Below are positions 12,966 through 25,555 of a DNA stretch of 63,837 nucleotides, piece after piece. The stretch's first letter is position 1. Each line of letters opens with the position of its first letter. Made by a program: the position numbers and the translations under genes. The DNA is from Anolis carolinensis (Eukaryota). The stretch spans positions 14,190,753-14,254,589 of the forward strand of contig NW_026943825.1 of the NCBI RefSeq assembly GCF_035594765.1, written 5' to 3'. Below the pieces are notes generated by a model, which was given only the letters and a program-made list of their open reading frames with translations, made no database searches and was not told where the DNA came from.

Positions 12966-14861
12966 ATGTATTGTACTGACCAGCAGTGTAAGCAAGCATG
13001 CTTGCCCCCTCCTTCCTACCAGAAGATTGTTGGGACTCAAGATATATCAGGATGTGGACCACGATACAGATGCCAGAGAGGACAGTCCTACACACCCCAA
13101 TGTATATCACCATGCCCTCCCCAGCAGAGACACTCCTATGTACCAGTATCCCCACAGTCATGTTCTCCCCAGAGGCAACCTTCGTATCCTTTGCAACACC
13201 GTCCAACCTTTGTGCCTAAATGGATCCAACCATCATGTCCTCTGCAGCACCGTCCAGCCTTTGCACCAGACTGCATACAACCACCACGTCCTCTGCAATG
13301 CCGTTCATCCTTTTCACCCGACAGCATCCAACCAGTACCTCCACTGCAACGTCGTTCATCCTTTTCACCGGACACCATCCAACCAGTACCTCCTCTGCAA
13401 AGCCGTCCGTCCTTTGCACCTGACTGCATACAACCACCAAGCCCTATCCAGAACCAACCACTGCTTGCACCAGACCATCTACAACCAGCATCGCCTCCCC
13501 ACAGTAAACCATCATGTTCCTCAGATAGCATCCAACCATCTTATCCTCACCAGGGCCTTCCATCGATTGTCCCGGACCACATAGAAACCACATGTCCTCC
13601 CCAGCGTCAGCCACCATGTTCCTCAGATACCCTACAACCATCGTATCCTCCCCAGAGAAAGCCATCCTTTACACCATCATATCCTCCCCAGAGTCAGCCA
13701 CCATGTTCCTCAGATACCCTACAACCATCGTATCCTCCCCAGAGAAAGCCACCATGTTCCTCAGATACCCTACAACCATTGTATCCTCCTCAGAGAAGGC
13801 CATCCTTTACACCATCATATCCTCCCCAGAGTCAGCCACCATGTTCCTCAGATATACAACCATTGTATCCTCCCCAGAGAAAGCCATCCTTTACACCATC
13901 ATATCCTCCCCAGAGTCAGCCACCATGTTCCTCAGATACCCTACAACCATCATATCCTCCCCAGAGAAAGCCACCATGTTCCTCAGATACCCTACAACCA
14001 TTGTATCCTCCCCAGAGAAAACCATCTTATACACCACTATATCAACCCCAGCAAAAGCCACCATGTTCCTCAGAAACTCTACAACCATCGTATCCTCTCC
14101 AGAGACGGCCATCCTTTACACCATCATATCCTCCCCAGAGTCAGCCTCCATGTTCCTCAGATACCCTACAACCATCATATCCTCCCCAGAGAAGACCATC
14201 CTATACACCACCATGGATCCAGCCATGCTCTTCACAGGGCGAAGCATCCTATGAACCTCCTTGCCCAAGGCCCTCTTTTCCTGAAAGACCACTGTCCCCT
14301 CCACAGAGCATTCTTCAGCCATATGCTTCACCACAGAAGTACCAGTACACCCAGAAGCCATGTTGCCCCCCATGCAAGTCCGTGTGTTTTGGTTCCCAGC
14401 AGACACGCATGCCCCAAGCTGTGCAAACATGTGCTCCTAAAGGGAAATGTGTATCTCAAGGTTTTCTGGGATCTCAATGTTCACAAGGTGCCATCAAGGG
14501 AAACCAACAAGGTGTGATCAAAGGTGGACAACAGTATGGGAGTCAACAATGCATTAAGAAGGGAGGGCCAGTAGGTATAACCAAGAGTGTGCAACAGTGT
14601 GCATGCCAACCGGGTATCATGAAAGGAGGACTCTGTGGCCAGCAATATGGCAGCCAACCATTCATAACCAAGGGAGTTTCAGCAGGGAAAGCTATGGCAA
14701 TTCAACAGGGTGCGAGTCAAGCGTATGTGACAAAGGGAGGTCCAGGATTTGCAGTCAAGAGTAGTCCACAGTGGTCAAGTCAACCATGCATCTCAAAGGG
14801 AGGACCCATGTATGCTACAAAGGGCAGTCAAGGGTATATAAGAAAGGGGACTAAGTGGTAA
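12966..14861 (+). CDS. EDPSQ: Single-coding-exon EDC protein rich in Pro/Ser/Gln, 631 aa
   Basis: Acceptor ttctcccAG 12937-12938; ATG 12966; N-terminus MYCTDQQCKQACLPPP is the SPRR/SEDC motif; central 17-aa and 12-aa tandem repeats; KG-rich tail. Symbol from composition and recalled synteny. Confidence 0.9.
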   Translation: MYCTDQQCKQACLPPPSYQKIVGTQDISGCGPRYRCQRGQSYTPQCISPCPPQQRHSYVPVSPQSCSPQRQPSYPLQHRPTFVPKWIQPSCPLQHRPAFAPDCIQPPRPLQCRSSFSPDSIQPVPPLQRRSSFSPDTIQPVPPLQSRPSFAPDCIQPPSPIQNQPLLAPDHLQPASPPHSKPSCSSDSIQPSYPHQGLPSIVPDHIETTCPPQRQPPCSSDTLQPSYPPQRKPSFTPSYPPQSQPPCSSDTLQPSYPPQRKPPCSSDTLQPLYPPQRRPSFTPSYPPQSQPPCSSDIQPLYPPQRKPSFTPSYPPQSQPPCSSDTLQPSYPPQRKPPCSSDTLQPLYPPQRKPSYTPLYQPQQKPPCSSETLQPSYPLQRRPSFTPSYPPQSQPPCSSDTLQPSYPPQRRPSYTPPWIQPCSSQGEASYEPPCPRPSFPERPLSPPQSILQPYASPQKYQYTQKPCCPPCKSVCFGSQQTRMPQAVQTCAPKGKCVSQGFLGSQCSQGAIKGNQQGVIKGGQQYGSQQCIKKGGPVGITKSVQQCACQPGIMKGGLCGQQYGSQPFITKGVSAGKAMAIQQGASQAYVTKGGPGFAVKSSPQWSSQPCISKGGPMYATKGSQGYIRKGTKW

Positions 14862-14988
14862 ACACGGTGAAGATATCTGCCAGATATAATGTTGAGCTGG
14901 TCACTGGACTTACTAAACAAGTGGAGAAGACTGGGAACATCTTCATCAGTTCGTCCATAAACTTCTCCACAAATGCATTTGTAATTAC

Positions 14989-15531
14989 TAGACATGTCCA
15001 AACAATCGTTTTGAATCGTATATCGGAATTATTTCAGATTGTTCTCGCTTTTTGATACGCATTCCGAGACATTGTCTCACAGCGCAACCAGCAATGTAAT
15101 TCGAACCATTGATGGCCCATTCTCTAATTGTCTCTTAATGTTTCATTATTTCTGCCCCCCCCCATTTTTTTTAAAATATGTTTTTAAAAATATTTTTAAA
15201 AAAAATTGTTTCTGCAACCTACCTTGAATGGGAGCTTAGTGCAGCCTAACATGGCTGACGCTCCTCGGCCAATCAGAAGCTTCCACGATGGACGCAAAGG
15301 TGGGGGCTAACGTCCTCTGCGTCCACATGGAAGACTGCCATACAAGCCCGGTGTGTAGCGATTGCGCATGCGCGTCCGCCATTTTAGAAACATTTAGAAT
15401 CATTACGAATTTTCGGAAATATCCGAAATTTTGGGGTGAAAAAATCGGAAATACTTTCTATATCGAAGTGCCAGCGCCCCCTACTTTAGAAACGAGAATT
15501 GAAACTTTTTTTCATCGATCGGACATGCCTA
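14989..15531 (+). mobile_element. hAT MITE copy 3 (probably within the EDPSQ 3'UTR)
   Basis: TIRs TAGACATGTCC / GGACATGCCTA; 8-bp TSD GTAATTAC. Confidence 0.93.
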
Positions 15532-16006
15532 GTAATTACTATAATCAAGACTAAATCTAGGGACGAGATACAAGTCCAGAGGCTAAAGAGGAATTGGGTC
15601 CTCTTTGATATCTGGTTGACTTCAATTTTGTGAAGAAATTGAATCTTAACTTCCATTTTGAATGATGAACTAGGTCCTGGTTTTCTAGGTGTTTTGGACT
15701 TAATCTCTCAGAATTCCAGATCACTGGCCAAAGGAACAAAGGTTTCTGGGAACTGAAGTCCAAAACACCCAGAGAATTAATGTTTGGATATCACCGATTT
15801 AGATAATAGTCTTCAACACTGAACATCAACATTGACATGTAACCTGAGGTTTGCTTCAATGTTCACGTTAATGTATTAAACGCAAGTTGGGTTGGGTTGA
15901 GTTGGAAGGGTGATGTGGAGCAATTGCTAAGATAACATTTGGTCATTTCATCAGGATACTGCATAAATCTCCTTTAAACTATTTTATAGAATTACATATC
16001 TCACAA

Positions 16007-16056
<50 letters not shown>

Positions 16057-16585
16057 TATTACAGTCAGGCCTCCACATTTACAGGTTTCGCTTTGGCGGA
16101 CTTTATTATCGGCGGATCTGATGAATAAGTTCTCTTTAGTAATCTCGCAGTTCAACTTCCACTGGTTCAGCTTTGTTTCATGCACAAAATAAATAAAATA
16201 TTGTTATCAAATGACTCCCAGGCTACTGTGTATAAGCTGGTTACGAAACATAAATGAATTCTGTGTTGAGGCTTGGGTCCCATCTTCAAGATAACTCATG
16301 ATGCACGTATGTACAAACACTGTTACGACAGAATTTGAAAAAAATTAAAATCCTAAACACTTCTGTCCCAAACATTTCAGATAAGGGGGGAGACTCAAAA
16401 TGGATTTCTTGATTGAAAAAAGTCAAGAAAGCGAAAAGTCAATGCCCTTCTTTCCTTAACAGTATTCTGGTCATTCAATTGATCAATTTTTGTTGTGTCA
16501 GGCTGATAGAAATGTCACTGGTCTGACCAACATTTCCAAAATGGACGCCATTCATCTGAAGCTGGATTTCCAAGGCCAACTATCT

Positions 16586-17530
16586 GCTAGTTTCCATGAT
16601 TTTTCTCCTAATTCCCATGATTCTTCTCCTAGTTCCTACAAGTCTTCTCTAGTTCCTACAATTCTTCTTTAGTTCCTATGTTTCTTCTTGTGTCCACGGT
16701 TCTTCTCCTAGTTCCCATGATTTCTCTCCTAGTTCCCATAAGTCTTCTCTAGTTTTTATGATTCTTCTTGGCTCCTATGAGTCTTCAAGTGCCTACAATT
16801 CTTCTCCTGGTTCCTACAAGTCTTCTGTACTTACAATTCTTCTTTAGATCCTATGATTCTTCTCATGTCTACGATTCTTCTCCTAGTTCCCATGATTTCT
16901 CTCCTAGTTCCTATAAGTCTTCTCTAGTTCTTACAATTCTTCTTGGTTTCTGTGAGTCTTCAAGTGGCTATGATTCTTCTCCTAGTTACTACAAGTCTTA
17001 TCTAGTGCCTACAATTCCTTTTTAGTTCCTATGATTTTTCTCCTGTCTATGATTCTTCTCCCAGTTCCCATGATTCTCATCCTAGTTCCTTCAGGTTTTC
17101 TCTAGTTCTTACAATTCTTCTTGGTTTCTGTGAGTCTTCAAGTGCCTATGATTCTTCTCCTAGTTACTACAAGTCTTCTCTAGTTCCTACAATTCTTATT
17201 TAGTTCCTATGATTTTTCTCCTGTTTACGATTCTTCTCCCAGTTCCCATGATTCTCCTCCTAGTTCCTTCAGGTTTTTTCTAGTTCTTACAATTCTTCTT
17301 GGTTTCTGTGAGTCTTCAAGTGCCTATGATTCTTCTCCTAGTTACTACCAGTCTTCTCTAGTTCCTACAATTCGTCTTTAGCTCCTATGATTTTTCTCCT
17401 GTCTACGATTCTTCTCCCAGTTCCTACAAGTCTTCTCTAGTTCCTATTATTCTCCTCCTAGTCCCTATTCTTCTTCTTCTAATTCCTACCATTCTTCTCT
17501 AGTTCCTATGATTCTTCTCCCAGTCTCTTC
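16586..17530. repeat. Pyrimidine-rich minisatellite, ~20-bp subunits in a ~177-bp higher-order repeat
   Basis: TTCTTCTC(C)TAGTTCC subunits; marker GAGTCTTCAAGT at ~16779, 16954, 17133, 17310. Confidence 0.9.
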
Positions 17531-18328
17531 TCTTAAATCATCATGGATAGAGTAGAAAAAGCAGGGAGAGTGGTTTGGTTCTTGGGCAAACCGGTTTCTA
17601 GAACGAGACTTAATGAAAGGCCAACACCACACTTATGTTTACTCTCTTCTTCCAGGGCTGTTTTCGCCCCTCCATCAAAGTCAAGGGTTTGGTTGCTTCC
17701 GATTTGGGGTTGAGATTTCCATCAAGCGGACCTCCATGGTGCTTGTTTTCTTCAGCTTCTTCATTAAAAAGGGAGGGAAAGGCATTGACAACACCCTCGC
17801 AATATCCCTAGGCTTGGCACGTAGTACACCGGGTTGCAATTTAGCTGGGCTCAAACTAAATCACGAGGACAAGAAATGGCTACAGGGCTTTGATGTTCCT
17901 CAGGGACGGAGGAAACCAGGAGGACATGCGGTCAGGAGAAAAGGAAACGGAGACATGATTAAAGTTGAGTGGAAATACAAGAAGGGTGGGTGGATGTGGC
18001 AACCACACCTTACGGAGTATAAAACTAGCCTTAAACTCTGCAGCTGAGGTGGTTTTGATTTGGGGCAGATATGGAGCACGGGAGAATGGCTCAGGGATCT
18101 TCACGTCACAAGGGGTTTGGTAGTTGGTTTTCTGATGTTAAATCCCTTCCTGGGGTGCATATACATTGTAGAGTTTACTCACTTGGACACTGCCTGAATT
18201 TCTATGGTTCAATGAATTCGAGTTTTGCAAGTTTTAACATTCTCTTGCAAAGAGTGCTGGTGCCACAGTAAACTATTGAAACATGCTATTAAAATAGTGG
18301 CAAACTGGCTTGATTCTACAGTGTAGAT

Positions 18329-18861
18329 CAGTGGTTCCCAACCTGTGGTCTGTGGACCACCAGTGGTCCCCAAGAACTAAAATATAGTCCGTGGCCTGAC
18401 CATGACTATCCTCTTATAGTGCTGAAGTAAAGGGGATGTTGAGAGGGGAGAGGCTAACTACCCATGAAAGGCATGACAACAAGCCTCCTGACTGCTGTTT
18501 CTCCCCCTCCTCCTCCCTCCCCCTGAGCGGAGCTGTTCCATGTGACACTTGGGAGTGTGGGCGTCTTGGTGTCTTTGTTTTTAGGCCTGTTTCTGGGGTT
18601 ATTCAGAAAATAGCATTGAATAGACCACATCAGCTCTAGATTATTAAATATGGTTTTCTGTGGGCAAGCCGATGGAGACTACTGGATGGCATATGTTTTG
18701 TATCAGAAACTAGAGCCGATGTGATCTATCCAATGCAGTTTTCTGAGTCAGCACCCCAGATAACCAAACCGAATCTAAAATTTACTAAAAACGTATTCAT
18801 AACCCTTTTGGTGCTAATGTTGGAGAGTGGTCCCTGGTCAAAAAAAGTTTGGGAACCACTG
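18329..18861 (+). mobile_element. hAT MITE (CAGTGGTTCCCAA-type)
   Basis: TIRs CAGTGGTTCCCAA / TTGGGAACCACTG; internal similarity to 2791-3148. Confidence 0.8.
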
Positions 18862-19530
18862 TTTTAGGGGACAAACATTAAGAACTGGACTGCAGACTGT
18901 TTTCCAAAAGGCATTTGCTTCAGCCGCCCACAGATTGTGGAATGACCTTCCAGGAAGACTCAGTAGTTAAATATACTTTCTAAGATTGCTTCTACACTGC
19001 TCTATATCTCAGGATCTGATCCCAGATGAGCTGCTTATCTCAGTGGAGACTCAAAACAGATAATCATGAATCAGATCTTGGGATATAGGACAGTGTAGAT
19101 CCTGTCTAAGAGTGCATCTATACTGTACAATTAATGCAGTTTGATACTATTTTCACCACCTAGATTCAATGCCATGGACTCATGGCATTGGTGAGGCACT
19201 AGCACTCTTTGGCAAATAGGCTCCTTTCAAAACGATAACTCCTAGGACTCCATTGCATTAAGCCATGTCAATTCAAGTGGTGTCAATCTGCGTTCATCCT
19301 ATGGGGCTCCTCCAAATAGTGGAATGATTTGTGTACTGTTGAATCAATGCAGTTTAACACCACTTCAACTGCCATAGCTCAATGCTTTGGAATTTGAGCA
19401 TTGCAGTTTAGTGATGTGTCCAGAGGCTGTGGTGGAGAAGGCTAGCAAAACTACAACTCACACATCGAATCCAAATTTTCGGGGGGGGGGGGGGGGAGAG
19501 GAATGTAAATACATGACCAATAATAATAAC

Positions 19531-19570
<40 letters not shown>

Positions 19571-19571
<1 letters not shown>

Positions 19572-20260
19572 GCCATCAGAACAAATGCAATTAAGGCCAA
19601 GATCGAAAAATCAGCTGATGACCCAAAATGCAGACTGTGCAAGGAAACCGACGAAACCATGGATCATATCCTCAGCTGCTATAAGAAAATTGCACAGACA
19701 GACTGCAAACAGAGGCACAACCATGTGGCCCAAATGATTCATTGGAACTTATGCCTCAAGTACCACCTCCCAGCAGAAAAGAACTGGTGGGATCACAAAC
19801 CTGCAAAAGTATTGGAGAATGAGCACGCAAAGATACTGTGGGACTTCCAAATCCAGACTGACAAAGTTCTGGAACACAACACACCAGACATCACAGTTGT
19901 GGAAAGGAAAAAGGTTTGGATCATTGATGTTGCCATCCCAGGTGACAGTCGCATTGACGAAAAACAACAGGAAAAACTCAGCCGCTATCAGGACCTCAAG
20001 ACTGAACTTCAAAGACTCTGACAGAAATCAGTGCAGGTGGTCCCGGTGGTGATCAGCACATTGGACGCCGTGCCAAAAGATCTCAGCTGGCATTTGGAAA
20101 CAATAGACATTGACAAAATTACGATCTGCAAACTGCAAAAGGCCACCCGACTGGGATCTGCACGCATCATCCAAAAATACAGTCCTAGACACTTGGGAAG
20201 TGTTCGACTTGTGATTTTGTGATATGAAATCCAGCATGTCTATCTTGTTTGTTGTGTCAT
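19571..20260 (+). mobile_element. 5'-truncated R4/Dong-type non-LTR retrotransposon in (TAA)n
   Basis: CCHC knuckle (CRLC...DHILSC) and restriction-like endonuclease motif (TPDITVV...IIDVAIP); (TAA)n on both sides. Confidence 0.88.
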
Positions 20261-20262
20261 AA

Positions 20263-20310
<48 letters not shown>

Positions 20311-20767
20311 TCAGTGATCCAAAGTATTTTTCTCAATGCTTCCTAATTCTCCCCGGTTTAGAGAAAATGGGAAAGCCAATGTGTGTCTCTCTTCCTCTGC
20401 GTTAGTCATTGCAGTTAATAACACATCTCGATTTTGCACGAGTCAGCTCAATGAGCTTGTCTCAAATGAAAGGCGCAATTGGGGCTTCATAAATGTTAAT
20501 TAAAAAAAAGGCAGAGCCTTTAAACGGCCGTCCACGATATTATCGCTGGCGCTTTGGACCGCACATCATTTGCAAAGCTGACTTGGAGAAGGTGTTGGCT
20601 GCCTTTCCTTTGTAGCTTCGTTCTGCCTTGGATGGGTGCCATGGTTCATAAATCATCTCCCCGGAGCAGTTTTGGAAAATGTAGCACAAAGGAGAAATCT
20701 TCCCTTTTGTATTTGTTTTCGATGGGGGTGAAGACGAGGTTGGGCTCCCTTCCTTATGCAGGATCTA

Positions 20768-21071
20768 CCGTGTTTCCCCGAAAATAAGACAGTGTCTTAT
20801 ATTATTTTTTCTTCCCAAAGATGCTCTAGATCTTATTTTCAGGGGATGTCTTATTTTTCCATGAAGAAGAATTCATATTCATTGTTGAACAAAAAAATGA
20901 ACACTGATTCTATACTGTACAGTAGTTGTCATCATAAACCAACATATCTAAACCAGACAAACTGTGACTCCTGTCAAGAATTTCTTGTTACTATCATTAT
21001 TTCCATATACAACTGGTATGTAAGCCATCCCGAGTCCCTCTGGGGAGATGGAGGCGGGGTATAAAAATAAA

Positions 21072-21119
<48 letters not shown>

Positions 21120-21287
21120 TACATTTACCAATCCTGAATGCTATGGTGTTTTGTTTGGCGGGTGCCGGGCATGCTTCCAAACAAAAACTTTGCTAGGTCT
21201 TACTTTCAGGGGAGGCCTTATATTTATTCAGCAAAACCTCTACTAGGTCTTATTTTCTGGGGATGTCTTATTTTAGGGGAAACAGGG
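20768..21287. mobile_element. Tc1/pogo-type MITE
   Basis: TIRs CCGTGTTTCCCCGAAAATAAGACA / TGTCTTATTTTAGGGGAAACAGGG with TA flanks. Confidence 0.8.
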
Positions 21288-21484
21288 TACATGGATAGAC
21301 AATTTGGGAAATATAATGCAGTTAGTATTTTGGAAGACAGTTGCAAGTGGTCAAAATGTTCCTCTTGACTTATGCAAGGCTTACCTCAACTGGTTGTTTC
21401 TTTTCACACATTAATTTGGAACAAAACATTTGCTGAAACATGTGGGATGGCCTTTTATGTGTGGTCCTCCTTTAATAGGGCGAA

Positions 21485-21794
21485 GTGTGTTAAAGCGCTG
21501 AGCTGCTGAACTTGCAGATCGAAAGGTCCCAGGTTCAAATCCCAGGAGCAGAGTGAGCGCCCGCGGTTGCTCCAGCTTCTACCAACCTAGCAGTTCGAAA
21601 ACATGCCAATGTGAGTAGATCAATAGGTACCGCTCGGTGGGAAGGTAACGGCGCTCCATGCAGTCATGCTGGCCACATGACCTTGGAGGTGTCTATGGAC
21701 AACGCCGGCTCTTCGGCTTAGAAATGGAGATGAGCACCAACCTCCAGAGTCAGACATGACTGGACTTAACGTCAGGGGAAACTTTTACCTTTAC
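21485..21794 (+). mobile_element. Sauria SINE
   Basis: tRNA-like head (GGTTCAAATCCC), core AGTAGATCAATAGGTACCGC, BovB-like tail ending ACCTTTAC. Confidence 0.85.
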
Positions 21795-21897
21795 GTATAG
21801 TAGAATAATACAAGTGTTCCTTCACTTATCGCGGGGGTTATTTTCCAGGACCACCCGCAATAAGTGAAAATCCACAAAGTAGGGACACTATATTTAT

Positions 21898-22440
21898 TAG
21901 ACATGTCCAAAAAATAGTTTTGAATCGTATATCTGAATTATTTTGGATTGTTCTCGCTTTTTGATACGCATTCTGAGACCTTGTCTCACAGCGCAACCAG
22001 CAATGTAATTCGAACCATTGTTGGCCCATTCTCTAATTGTCTCATAATGTCTCTTAATTCCCCCCCCCCCAATTTTTAAAATATATTTTTAAAAATATTT
22101 TAAATTTTTTTGTTTGTTTCTGCAACCTACTTTGAATGGGAGCTTAGCACAGCCTAACATGGCTGCCACTCCCCGACCAATCAGAAGCTTCCACGATGGA
22201 CGCAAAGGTGGGGGCTAACATCCTCTGCGTCCACATGGAAGATTGCCATACAAGCCTGGTGTGTAGCGACTGCGCATGCGCATCCGCCATTTTAGAAACA
22301 TTTAGAATCATTACGAATTTTCAGAAATATCCGAAATTTTTGGGTGAAAAAATCGGAAATACTTTCTATATCGAAGTGCCAGCGCGCCCTACATTAGAAA
22401 CGAGAATTGAAACATTTTTTTCATCGATCAGACATGCCTA
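21898..22440 (+). mobile_element. hAT MITE copy 4, nested in a Tigger-like element
   Basis: 8-bp TSD ATATTTAT; host element begins ~21810 (GTGTTCCTTCACTTATCGCGGGGGTTA). Confidence 0.92.
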
Positions 22441-23109
22441 ATATTTATTTTAATATTTATACATTATTTTAGTAGTTATACACTATTTTAAGTCTTTATC
22501 AACCAATCGTGTGTGGATAAATGGCCTCCTTCTACTTCCGTTGCCGCTTGGCCTCCTTTTCTCTCCCTTCGGCTTCTCCTTCCTCCCTTCCTTAAGCTGT
22601 AAATTGTAATTTTTTATGATTTATAATAGTCTTTTGGAGTTTATTGAAAAACCATGAAACAGAGAATCTGTGAAAAATTTGGTCCAATGAATGAAAATAC
22701 ATCCTGCATATCAGATATTTACATCATGAATCATAACAGTAGCAAAATGACAGTTATGAAGTAGCAACGAAAATAATGTTATGGTTGGGGGTCACCACAA
22801 CATGAGGAACTGGATTAAGGGGTCGCGGCATTAGGAAGGTTGAGAACCACTGTTCTACAGTGTAGACGCCCCCCCAGATCGACACATCTGGTGCTGACTT
22901 CGGTTCCATAACAGATCTCTTTGCATTGGCTCAAAGCAAACCAGATGCCTCAGGGGATGAAAGGCTAATACATAATTTAATGTCAAATCTTGGCTTCCAA
23001 AAGGAGGAAGGAACGAACACGCCTTCCCTGAACTTCAATCTCAGATCACGATTGGCGAGTTAGACGTGATGTCAGATGCTTCAAGTCCCTCTGGTGAATT
23101 TTTAAACCT

Positions 23110-23184
23110 CATAAAAAGCTCTTCCCATCCTGGGCTCGGGCTTCTTCTATCCAGACTTCTTTTGCATCAGGGATCCCGGTAAGT
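23110..23184 (+). promoter_or_regulatory. Predicted EDYM2 TATA-like box and non-coding exon 1
   Basis: CATAAAAA 23110-23117; donor CG|GTAAGT at 23179. Confidence 0.7.
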
Positions 23185-23804
23185 GAACCATTCAGTATGA
23201 TTTCCCCTGATACAATTTCCGATCCATTAAATCTTTCCAAAAGACCAATGCCTGGATCACCTTATTTTTAGAAGCATTTGATGATGTTTTGCAGTGTGGA
23301 TTTAATAACACATTCACACCACTGACTAACTAAATTAGTTAAAGAGTGGGTGAAATTTTCATTGTGCAGATGGAAGGAGCAAGATTTCCTAGCTTTTGGA
23401 CTTCCTCGGCTCCTTGTCAACAAATGCTGACGATTCGGAAGCAAAAACAAAAGAGCTGGAATCATTCTTAGGTTGATACTGTTTAGTTCCCAAAAGCTGA
23501 AGCCAATGAATGTAGCTTGGATGAGATTTACAACTGGTTGGAAGAGTTTATTGGAAGTTTGTCAGTGGATTCCACCTCCGGCAAAATTCAAAATACTCTC
23601 ATTCCGAGTAAGATGTATCCGAGAAGCTGCAAAGAAATTGTAAGGTTTCTTGGGGATGTTTTTGTTTTCTTGCTGGATGCAGAATCATCTGCAGTGTAGA
23701 AATAATGCAGTTTGACACCACTTGTGTTGCCATAGTTCACTGGTATGGAATCATAGGGCATGTAGTTTTCTCTATCAAAGAATGCCTCACCACTCTACAA
23801 CTTG

Positions 23805-25410
23805 TGATCATCTCAAGACCTTGAAGGTCTACCTGAATGTTCCTCTATGTCATCATCTGAAATGGTCAGGATTCCTCTGATTTTAGAACATTGGGCCATG
23901 ACCGTCACAGTAGTCCCAAACTGTATTAGTTCTGTAATGTAGATGAACCTGCAAACTCATTTCTTCCTAAGATGCGGTGGAGGCTCCTTCTTTGGAGGCT
24001 ACAACTTACTATCATCTCAAGACCTTGAAGGTCTACCTGAATGTTCCTCTATGTCATCATCTGAAATGGTCAAGATTCCCCAGATTCTAGAACATTGAGC
24101 ATGGCAGTCAAAGTGGTTCCAAACTGCATTAATTCTGTAGTGTAGATGAACCTGCAAGCTTACATGGGCATAAATCTAAGATGTGGTGGAGGCTCCTTCT
24201 TTGGAGACTACAACTTACTATCATCTCAAGACCTTGAAGGTCTACCGGACTGCCCCTCTGTGTCATGATCTGAAATGGTCAGGATTCCCCTGATTCTAGA
24301 ACATTGAGCATGGCAGTCAAAGTGGTTCCAAACTGCATTAATTCTGTAGTGTAGATGAACCTGCAAGCTTACATGGGCATAAATCTAAGATGTGGTGGAG
24401 GCTCCTTCTTTGGAGACTACAACTTACTATCATCTCAAGACCTTGAAGGTCTACTGGACTGCCCCTCTGTGTCATGATCTGAAATGGTCAGGATTCCCCT
24501 GATTCTAGAACATTGAGTCATGGCAGTTAATGTGGTGCCAAACTGCATTAATTCTGTAGTGTAGATGAACCCGCAAGCTCACATGGGCATAAATCTAAGA
24601 TGTAGTGCAGGCCCTTTCTTTGGAGGCTACAACTTACTATCATCTCAAGAGCTTGAAGGTCTACCTGACTGCCCCTCTGTACCATCATCTGAAATGGTCA
24701 GGATTCCCCTGATTCTAGAACATTGAATCATGGCAGTTAAAGTGGTGCCAAACTGCATTAATTCTGTAGTGTAGATGAACCCGCAAGCTCACATGGGCAT
24801 AAATCTAAGATGTAGTGCAGGCCCTTTCTTTGGAGGCTACAACTTACTATCATCTCAAGACCTTGAAGGTCTACCTGAATGTTCCTCTATGTCATCATCT
24901 GAAATGGTCAAGATCCCCCAGATTCTAGAACATTGAGCCATGGCAGTTAAAGTGGTTCCAAACTGCATTAGTTCTGTAGTGTAGATGAACCCACAAGCTC
25001 ATTTCTTCCTAAGATGTGGTGAAGGCTCTTTCTTTGGAGGCTACAACTTACTATCATCTCAAGAGCTTGAAGGTCTACCTGAAAGTTCCTCTATGTCATC
25101 ATCTGAAATGGTCAGGATTTTAGAACATTGGGCCATGACCATCATAGTAGTCCCAAACTGCATTAGTTCTGTAGTGTAGATGAACCCACAAACTCATTTC
25201 TTCCTAAGATGTGGTGGAGGCTCTTTCTTTGGAGGCTACAACTTACTATCATCTCAAGACCTTGAAGGTCTACCTGACTGCCCCTCTGTGTCATCATCTG
25301 AAATGGTCAGGATTCTTCTGATTCTAGAACATTGAGCCATGACAGTCAAAGTGGACCCAAACTGCATTAGTTCTGTAGTGTGGATGAACCCCCAAGCTCA
25401 TTTCTTCCTC
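23805..25410. repeat. ~205-bp tandem array (~8 units) in the predicted EDYM2 intron
   Basis: ATCATCTCAAGA(C/G)CTTGAAGGTCTAC recurs about every 195-210 bp. Confidence 0.93.
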
Positions 25411-25555
25411 TACTTTTGTAGGCGTTCCATTGTTCCCAATCATTTTGGGGAACAGGGTTTCTGGAAGACCTTACAAAAAATGCATGTCACAAAGAGGTTT
25501 TTCTAGCTTCAAACCTGTTGTAGAATATGCACCTATGCCAATATACATGGGCATA

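Noticed and set aside
13027-14430. Alternative-frame and antisense ORFs over EDPSQ (e.g. 220 aa at 13592)
   Set aside because: Shadow frames of the tandem coding repeat
17613-18104. 144-aa ORF and a TATAAAA at ~18018
   Set aside because: No EDC motifs, no convincing donor or acceptor, no recognisable family
21485-21560. tRNA gene
   Set aside because: SINE head; no complete cloverleaf
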